From NCBI GenBank assembly GCA_963718915.1, contig CAVRAI010000004.1:1-32000 (forward strand): a stretch of DNA of 32,000 bases, in the 5' to 3' direction. Below, one piece after another: positions 25,748 through 32,000 of the stretch. Below the pieces are notes generated by a model. It searched no databases. It saw nothing but the letters and a program-made list of their open reading frames with translations, and had not been told where the DNA came from. The first letter of the stretch is position 1; each line of letters opens with the position of its first letter. This stretch comes from an uncultured Chloroflexia bacterium. Its GTDB lineage: Bacteria > Chloroflexota > Ktedonobacteria > Ktedonobacterales > JADMIN01. The translations under genes were made by a program, and so were the position numbers.

Positions 25748-26562
25748 TAGCGATGGACCACGACACGCACGGGTTTGTCCTCGGTGGGCCAGATGCGCTC
25801 GTAGTCCGTGGACTCGTCGCGCCAGCCGCGCGCAGCCGCCGCCTGGACGAACGCCCGTGAGATACGCCGTCCCGGCTCCGCCAGCCAGAACGTGCCGCCG
25901 GGAGTGATGAGCCGTGGCACGAGATCGAGCAGTGGCTCCAGATCGTCCTGCTCGTAGAGAATGTCGGCGGCCAGCAGCGCATCATACGGCGCGCGCGCCA
26001 CACATGCCGCCCTGCCCGCTGGCGTTCGCCAGTTGAGGAGCAGCGTGCGCGGCTGTCGCCCGGCGTTGCGCAGGGAGTTGTAGCGGCAGAAGAGCAGTGT
26101 TTCGGCAAAGCAGTCGGCCACCCAGAGTGAGGCGTCACCGACGAGCGCTGCAATCGCTGTCGTGCCCAGACCGCAGCCCAGTTCCAGCGTGCGTCTGCCG
26201 CGTAACGCATCGGGATGCGCCAGTAATGTCTCGGCCAGCGCCAGTCCGCTGGGCCAGACGAGCGCCCAATACGGCAGGAGGCCGCCGCTGGTGGCGGTCT
26301 GCCGCGCGATGACCGCCGCGTCCACCGCGTCCACCGCGTCCTCAGGCGTATCACCTGTCTCGGTACGCTGGCCTAGCAGGATGCCACGGGTGGCAAGCTG
26401 GAGAGCCGCCAGCTGATCGAGCGGGGCATCGGGGTCGGCGGGCATCGCCAGCATCCATCGCCGCGACTCGCCCGCCATATCGAGGGGTATCTCACAGACG
26501 GCAAACAGGCGCTCCATGCGCTGCCGCAGCCGTTGCAGGGTGATGAAGTCTGGAGTGTTCAT
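25732..26562 (-). CDS. Class I SAM-dependent methyltransferase, Methyltransf_16 (protein-lysine methyltransferase)-like
   Basis: YWALVWPSGLALAETLLAHPDALRGRRTLELGCGLGTTAIAAL (motif I), SLWVADC, LLLNWRTP and YDALLAADILYE (post-II/III). The start lies 11 nt downstream of the kinase stop. Confidence 0.75.
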   Translation of the reverse strand: MNTPDFITLQRLRQRMERLFAVCEIPLDMAGESRRWMLAMPADPDAPLDQLAALQLATRGILLGQRTETGDTPEDAVDAVDAAVIARQTATSGGLLPYWALVWPSGLALAETLLAHPDALRGRRTLELGCGLGTTAIAALVGDASLWVADCFAETLLFCRYNSLRNAGRQPRTLLLNWRTPAGRAACVARAPYDALLAADILYEQDDLEPLLDLVPRLITPGGTFWLAEPGRRISRAFVQAAAARGWRDESTDYERIWPTEDKPVRVVVHRYQLPG

Positions 26563-26573
26563 CGGTGGCGCCG

Positions 26574-29462
26574 CTACGATTGCGCGGACTGGCCGGAGAT
26601 CGCCGGGAGGGGCGCCGTGTCACCTGAGGGAATGACGCTTTCTGGCAGTGTGAACGCGAAGACGCTGCCATGCCCTGGCACACTCGCCTGAAGCCAGACA
26701 TCACCGCCCATCGCGCGAACTATCTGGCGGCAGATATAGAGTCCCAGGCCAGTGCCGCGAATCTGGCTGATCTTGGCTGATTCCAGCCGCGAGAAGCGCC
26801 CAAAGAGATGGCTGCGTTCAGTGGTGGGAATACCCATACCCTCATCGCTGACGGTAATGACATGGTAGGGCGCCTGGGTTGTGGCGGCAATGACCGCTGG
26901 CGCTGGCGCTATCGGATCGTCATCCGGGTCTTCGTAGCTGGATGCCGGGTCGTGGTTGGAGAATGGCAACACCATCGTCGGTCTTTCCTCGATGGAGCCG
27001 CTTATGGAGCCACTTATGGAGGCGCTTGGGGAACTGCTGCTTGCCGACTCGAAACGGGCTGGCGCGCAACGTACGAGGATACGTCCGCCCTGCGGGCTGT
27101 ATTTAATCGCATTGCCCACCAGGTTGTCGAGCACCTCTTTGAGCCGACCCAGATCAGCCTGGATGTAGGCATGCGGCGGGATTTCCGCCAGCAGTTCATG
27201 GCTGCCGCCCTGCGCCTGCTCTAGCTCGCGGAAGAATCGCAGCACCTCATCGACGACGGGCGCCAGCCGTACCGGGCTGGTATGTAGCTCCATCTGCCCG
27301 GTATCGAGGCGCGCCGTCTGGAGCAGCCGCTCGGCAATCGCCGCCAGTTCTTCGGCTGAGGTTGCCGCCTTGTTGAGAAAATCCAGCGCCATCGGGTCAT
27401 CGCGCGAGCCAGCATAGTCCAGCAGCAGGTCGAGGAACCCCTGCACGCCAGTGAGCGGAGTGCGTAGCTCGTGCGAGGCGGTGGCGATGAAATCGTCTTT
27501 CATGCGGTCGAGATCGCGCTGCTTGCGGAAGGCATGCTCCAGTTCCACGTAGGTGCGCGCGTTCTCGATAGTCTGCGATGCCTGCGCGGCAAAGAGATCC
27601 AGCAGCCACAGGTCATCATCGGTGAAGGAGCGGCGCTCGGCGTCGTCGAGCACATCCAGCACGCCGACAATCTGACCGTGGGCAATCAGCGGCACGGCGA
27701 TGACCGCGCGGAAATCCTCATCACCGTAGATCGAGGCGCGATAGGGATAGACGCGGTAGTCGTCCACGATGGTCCCCTGGCCCGTGCGCGCCACCTGCCC
27801 CGCGATGCCCTCGCCGACGCGGATGCGCTGACCGGTGTAGTCGCCGCGCAGCCCCTGGTGGACGATCACTTCGAGTTCGTTGCGCCGCACGTCGCGGACA
27901 TAGACCGTGCCCGCGCGGCCATTGAGCAATAGCACCGACCGCCGCAAGATATCGGCAAGTAGCTCGCGTGGGTCGGCGCCGAGCTGCCCGGAGACCGCCA
28001 GCGAGGTGGCATGTAGCGTCATCATCTGGCCGATGCGCACCTGGGCTTCTTCCGCTGAGTCCAGCGCGCGCTGGCGGGCGATCACCTGGCGGGTGACATC
28101 AACTGCCGCCAGCAAGACACCGCCTGACCGCGCCGAGACGCCGGGCAGCGGCGAGGTGGTGACATTCCAGTAGGTGATATCGCCGCCGAGCGCAATCGGC
28201 AGTTCAATCATCGCCTGCGACTCGCCACTGGCATAGACAGCATCTAGCCCCAGCCCAGCCGACAATGTTTCGGCGCTGTCTGGGACGAGGTCACGGAGCC
28301 GGGAACTGGTGAGCCTCATCCCCGCGTCCAGCCCAAGCAGCACGGCGAAGGTGGGGTTCGCCAGCGCCACCCGATGCTCGCGTCCAGTCAGCACTGCCAT
28401 GGCGACAGGCGCATAGCGCACCACCGTCTGCGAGAGCGCCTCCTGGCTGCGCGAGTAGGTGAGCAGGCGGTCACGGTCGGCGGACTGCGCGATCAGGTCG
28501 GCGAGTTCTTCGAGGGCGGCGAGTTGGCGCGCCACCAAATGCGTACCGGTCGCCAGCGCCAGCACGCCAAGGAACTGCCCGCGCGCCTTGAGTGGATAGG
28601 CTGCCAGGGTACCCAGCGGCACAGGCAATAGGGTCGCGCCTGGGATGGAGCAGAAGGCGCTCGGCATCAGCGCCCGCCAGGCGATGGCGTGTTCATGCTC
28701 CAGCGCGTTGTAGTGGACGATGGGCAGGCGTGAGGCGGCGACGGCATCCAGCAGGGGATCGGGGTGGCCCGGCCAGCGTGGCATGCTGCTACTGCTCCCA
28801 ACGCTGATATCCGGGGCCGGAAGCTCACCTGGCGCGTTCGATTCCACCTGAAGCGCCGCGACGCCGCTCTCGGTAACTCCACGCACGGCTGCTCGCGTCG
28901 CCGCCCGCAGCCGGAGTGATGGCTCCAGTTCAAGGCCTCCGACGCGCTCGTGGCCCGGCGACCAGGGCGCGGCCTCGGCGATCCAGATTTGCACGACGGC
29001 GGGCGCTAATGTCGAGGCAAGCTCCTCCACGACTGCATGGGTTGCGTCGTCTAGGGCAGCGTTGAAGAGGGCGTTGCGTGCTGCGGGAAGCAGCGCCGCC
29101 AGCGGATCAGCCAGCAGATGGACGCCGCCATGTTCGGCGATCAGTCGGGCACGCTCGGCCAGCCGCAGTACTCCCGGCTCGCGCCCACGACTGCGAAGGC
29201 CACCACGGCGCCCGCGCGTAACGGCGGGCCGATGGGTCGGTGCTCGCGTGGCCGAGGAGATAGGCGTGGCCGGCGAAGGTGTTGCTGGCGCCTCCGCCTG
29301 AGTAGCGGCGATGGGCGCAGCCTTGCCGCGTGGAGATTGGCCTCGCGTCGCGTTCTCGTTTGCCTTGCGGGGGCGTCCCTTGCGGCCTGAGCCTGGGGGA
29401 GCGGGTTGCGTATCCGGGGTGGCGTCCATCGCTGTATTGTCGTTGCCCATCGCCACTCCCAT
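26574..29462 (-). CDS. Soluble multidomain sensor histidine kinase (GAF/PAS-like sensor modules, HisKA, HATPase_c)
   Basis: H-box SHELRTPLTGVQGF, N-box LDNLVGNAIKYSP, G1 VSDEGMGIP and G2 GTGLGLYICRQIV. Upstream are a PAS-like module, a GAF-like module (GIAGQVARTGQ..) and another GAF-like region. No hydrophobic TM segment. The N-terminus is basic and disordered. Confidence 0.9.
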   Translation of the reverse strand: MGVAMGNDNTAMDATPDTQPAPPGSGRKGRPRKANENATRGQSPRGKAAPIAATQAEAPATPSPATPISSATRAPTHRPAVTRGRRGGLRSRGREPGVLRLAERARLIAEHGGVHLLADPLAALLPAARNALFNAALDDATHAVVEELASTLAPAVVQIWIAEAAPWSPGHERVGGLELEPSLRLRAATRAAVRGVTESGVAALQVESNAPGELPAPDISVGSSSSMPRWPGHPDPLLDAVAASRLPIVHYNALEHEHAIAWRALMPSAFCSIPGATLLPVPLGTLAAYPLKARGQFLGVLALATGTHLVARQLAALEELADLIAQSADRDRLLTYSRSQEALSQTVVRYAPVAMAVLTGREHRVALANPTFAVLLGLDAGMRLTSSRLRDLVPDSAETLSAGLGLDAVYASGESQAMIELPIALGGDITYWNVTTSPLPGVSARSGGVLLAAVDVTRQVIARQRALDSAEEAQVRIGQMMTLHATSLAVSGQLGADPRELLADILRRSVLLLNGRAGTVYVRDVRRNELEVIVHQGLRGDYTGQRIRVGEGIAGQVARTGQGTIVDDYRVYPYRASIYGDEDFRAVIAVPLIAHGQIVGVLDVLDDAERRSFTDDDLWLLDLFAAQASQTIENARTYVELEHAFRKQRDLDRMKDDFIATASHELRTPLTGVQGFLDLLLDYAGSRDDPMALDFLNKAATSAEELAAIAERLLQTARLDTGQMELHTSPVRLAPVVDEVLRFFRELEQAQGGSHELLAEIPPHAYIQADLGRLKEVLDNLVGNAIKYSPQGGRILVRCAPARFESASSSSPSASISGSISGSIEERPTMVLPFSNHDPASSYEDPDDDPIAPAPAVIAATTQAPYHVITVSDEGMGIPTTERSHLFGRFSRLESAKISQIRGTGLGLYICRQIVRAMGGDVWLQASVPGHGSVFAFTLPESVIPSGDTAPLPAISGQSAQS

Positions 29463-29581
29463 CTCTTCATCGCTCCACGTCGCGGCTCAGATTCAGAAAA
29501 TCGCCGGATTGAAGCCACTTTCTGGCAGTATAATCAGCCTTGTGCGCAAAGGTCAACGCACCTACCCGCTTGTCGCCTGCG

Positions 29582-29614
29582 TTTGCCCACCTTTTGCCCA
29601 CCTTTTGCCCATCG
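29582..29614. repeat. Tandem 11-mer TTTGCCCACCT x3 (third copy diverges) in the kinase/gcdH divergent region
   Basis: Read directly at 29582-29592, 29593-29603 and 29604-29614 (TTTGCCCATCG). Confidence 0.85.
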
Positions 29615-29780
29615 TGAGCGCCCGGCGTGTGCCCGTGCGGAGTAGCCGCGCACCATCGCTCGGTGATATCCTATCACGGGACCACCGGACTCTACAGGGC
29701 AGATATGGTCATCTGCGCACTTATTCTCTAGACGATTGGCAGAGAAGCGACGGAACGGATCAAGACAGGGGGCATGATCT

Positions 29781-31005
29781 ATGGCAGATACAGTGGCTGA
29801 TCGCGCGGCGCAGGGCAGAAAAGCGAAGAAGCATGCGCCGACGCTGCCGCCTTTTACCGATCTCTATACTATCGACGCGCTGCTCACGGAAGAGGAGCGC
29901 ATGGTGCGTGACACCGTCCGCGAGTTTGTCCGCGAGCGCGTTCTGCCGATCATCGGTGACCACTTCGAGGCAGGGACGTTCCCGCATGATCTGATCCCGG
30001 AGGTCGCGCAACTGGGTCTGCTGGGCATGCACCTGGAGGGCTACGGCTGCGCCGGGATGAGTGCTGTCAGCTATGGGCTGGCCTGCCAGGAGCTTGAGGC
30101 AGGTGATAGCGGCCTGCGCTCATTTGTCTCGGTGCAGGGGTCGCTGGTAATGTACCCGATTCATGCGTTCGGCTCGGAGGAGCAGACGTCAGAAGTATCT
30201 GCCGAAGATGGCGAAAGGCGAGCTGATTGGCTGTTTTGGCCTGACCGAGCCGGACTTTGGCAGCAATCCCTCAGGAATGCGCACCACCGCGCGCAAGGAC
30301 GGCGACTCGTATATCCTCAACGGCGCCAAGATGTGGATCACCAACGGTGGCTTCGCTGATCTGGCCGTTGTCTGGGCCAAACTGGATGGCGAGATTCGCG
30401 GTTTCATCGTCGAGAAAGGCACGCCTGGATTCACCACCAGCGATATTCATCACAAGCTGTCACTGCGTGCCAGCGTTACCTCTGAGCTGCACTTCGAGGA
30501 GTGCCGCATTCCCGCGGAGAATATGCTGCCTGGCGTCAAGGGATTGCGCGGCCCGCTCTCCTGTCTGGATGAGGCGCGCTTCGGCATCGCCTGGGGAGTG
30601 AATGGCGCGGCGCGCGCCTGCTTCGAGGCGGCGGTGGAGTACGCAAAAACACGCGAGGCGTTCGACCGCCCCATTGGCGGCTTCCAGCTTATCCAGGCGA
30701 AGCTGGCCGCGATGGCGACGGAACTCATCAAGGCGCAGTTGTTGGCACTGCAGCTGGGGCGGCTCAAGGATCAGGGACAGGTCCATCCCGTGCAGGTCTC
30801 CATCGCCAAGCGTAACAACTGCCGCGAAGCGCTCAAGACGGCGCGTGAGGCGCGCGGTGTGCTCGGCGCGAGCGGCATCACGCTGGAGTATCCGGTCAGC
30901 CGCCACATGAACAACCTCGAATCGGTCTTCACCTATGAAGGCACCGACGAAATCCACACGCTCATCATCGGCCAGGCGATCACCGGGCTGAGCGCCTTCA
31001 ACTAA
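29781..31005 (+). CDS. gcdH: Glutaryl-CoA dehydrogenase (acyl-CoA dehydrogenase family); frame disrupted near nt 30185
   Basis: LLTEEERMVRDTVREFV..LLGMHLEGYGCAGMSAVSYGLACQELE..MYPIHAFGSEEQ. After the shift: RQKYLPKMAKGELIGCFGLTEPDFGSNPSGMRTTARKDGDSYILNGAKMWITNG ... FTYEGTDEIHTLIIGQAITG. Confidence 0.9.
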
Positions 31006-31022
31006 GCGAATCGTCACACGAC

Positions 31023-31063
31023 GGCCCTCCTTCCCATAATGGAAGCGAGGGCTGTTTTGTGTG
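31023..31063 (+). terminator. Rho-independent terminator after gcdH
   Basis: GGCCCTCCTTCC-CATAAT-GGAAGCGAGGGC stem-loop followed by TGTTTTGTGTG. Confidence 0.7.
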
Positions 31064-31116
31064 TCTGTATACGTGATGTTCGGCTAGCTCAACATCTTAC
31101 TTATGGCATGCAATGC

Positions 31117-31146
31117 TTGACGACGACAAGCGGGCCATGATATACT
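31117..31146 (+). promoter_or_regulatory. Sigma-70-like promoter candidate for the DUF4258-like gene
   Basis: TTGACG (31117-31122), an 18-nt spacer, then TATACT (31141-31146). It lies about 80-100 nt upstream of the ORF. Confidence 0.4.
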
Positions 31147-31225
31147 GATAGCTCCGTCACTGCCAGGTGGTCGGGAGTTCCATTTACAACTGAATACCGT
31201 CTCGGCTGTGTCGGAATGAGCGCGG

Positions 31226-31573
31226 TTGTCTCATAGCAGAGAGGTGGTTATCACTATTCGCTCAAAACCCTCCCCTACGAAAGCCGCTCTTTATGACCTC
31301 TCGCAGCATGCGCAACAACGCATCGCGCGGCGCAACCTCAGTGTTGAGGATCTGGAGTATGTTCTCCAACATGGCCATAGACTGCGTGTGACAGGCGTCC
31401 GAATCTATCACCTCCGCAGGCGAGATGTCCCTTACGCTGATCAACGCATCAGCCGGGTATCTCAACTGGAGGGGACGACGATCCTGGTCAGCCACGACAA
31501 CACCGTCATCACCGCGTATCGTAATCGCGCATGCCTCCACAGAGAGCTGCAGAAAACGAAGTGGCGGCGGTAG
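31226..31573 (+). CDS. DUF4258-like protein (putative toxin component normally paired with a YgiT-type zinc-ribbon antitoxin)
   Basis: YDLSQHAQQRIARRNLSVEDLEYVLQHGHRL...LEGTTILVSHDNTVITAYRN fits the DUF4258 pattern (S.HA..R...R.i....v..vl..G ... viTvy). The start is uncertain: TTG 31226 or GTG 31244 within GAGAGGTGG. Confidence 0.6.
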   Translation: MSHSREVVITIRSKPSPTKAALYDLSQHAQQRIARRNLSVEDLEYVLQHGHRLRVTGVRIYHLRRRDVPYADQRISRVSQLEGTTILVSHDNTVITAYRNRACLHRELQKTKWRR

Positions 31574-31599
31574 TCCAAACACTGAAATGGAGCACATGT

Positions 31600-31645
31600 G
31601 GCCCTCCTTCCCAAATGTGGAAGCGAGGGCTATTTTTCTTGTTTG
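31600..31645. terminator. Rho-independent terminator, near-duplicate of the one at 31023-31063, placed between convergent genes
   Basis: GGCCCTCCTTCC-CAAATGT-GGAAGCGAGGGC followed by TATTTTTCTTGTTTG. Confidence 0.65.
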
Positions 31646-31650
31646 TCGCG

Positions 31651-32000
31651 CTAGCCCAGGCCAGCCTCGCGTCCACGGATGATGGCCTGGGCGCGGTCGG
31701 CCACCTGGAGCTTGCTAAAGATATTGGACACGTGGTTGCGCACGGTTTTGGGGCTGAGCACCAGGCGGCTGGCAATATCGCTGTTGTTGGCGCCTTGCGC
31801 GATAAGATCGAGTATCTCGCGCTCGCGGTCGCTCAACTCCGGAAATGTCTGTGCTGGGATGGCGGGCCTGGGTGTGGCGAAAAAGTTCATGAGCCGCATA
31901 GCGATTGCCGGGCTGAAGATCGCTTCGCCGCTGCCCACCGCGCGGATCGCCCGCAGCATATCGCTGGCGTTGGCTCCCTTGACAATGTAGCCTCGCGCAC
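31651..32000 (-). CDS. NarL/FixJ-type response regulator, C-terminal part (N-terminus beyond the window end)
   Basis: LSDREREILDLIAQGANNSDIASRLVLSPKTVRNHVSNIFSKLQVADRAQAII is a LuxR-type HTH. It is preceded by receiver-domain C-terminal sequence (..GANASDMLRAIRAVGSGEAIFSP). Confidence 0.8.
   Translation of the reverse strand, partial: ARGYIVKGANASDMLRAIRAVGSGEAIFSPAIAMRLMNFFATPRPAIPAQTFPELSDREREILDLIAQGANNSDIASRLVLSPKTVRNHVSNIFSKLQVADRAQAIIRGREAGLG

Noticed and set aside
29509-29534. Perfect TATAAT (29529-29534) as an annotated promoter
   Set aside because: The best -35 candidate (TTGAAG, 29509-29514) is only 14 nt away, there is no extended -10 TG, and the hexamer is ~250 nt from the gcdH start. 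This is too weak to annotate, so it is mentioned only in the related finding.

Overview
High-GC (roughly 60-65%) bacterial chromosomal window with about 27 protein-coding genes, mostly housekeeping. In order: a decayed lpd remnant, a GNAT acetyltransferase, an M16 peptidase, tatA, two tandem HtrA-like proteases, an atypical LuxR regulator and an ABC exporter. Then glmS preceded by a glmS-ribozyme-like leader, a YceI-like protein, a DUF3179-like protein and an IS200/IS605 element (tnpA + tnpB). Then tgt, an MDR dehydrogenase, a DUF1028-like protein, rsmE-prmA, a 746-aa TPR protein and an FmdB zinc ribbon. Finally a GAF/PAS histidine kinase co-oriented with a Methyltransf_16-like gene, gcdH, a DUF4258-like toxin gene and a partial NarL-type regulator. 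No rRNA, tRNA or CRISPR array was found. I did not find a multi-gene system that I can defend as novel. The unexplained structure is non-coding. (1) A 73-bp four-box nested palindrome built on CAGTTGTGGCCAA occurs in inverted copies around a ~1 kb cassette that carries a lone YgiT-type zinc-ribbon gene. (2) A modular family of hairpin repeats fills five intergenic gaps, and three of these clusters end in GTTTTAGAA-type motifs. (3) A G/C-run hairpin family is also dispersed in the window. (4) A low-GC DUF4258 cassette is bracketed by duplicated terminators. At least seven otherwise well-conserved genes each carry a single 1-nt frame disruption, which points to assembly indel error or ongoing decay. 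All family assignments rest on motifs read in the translations, not on database searches. Taxonomic origin cannot be established from the sequence alone.
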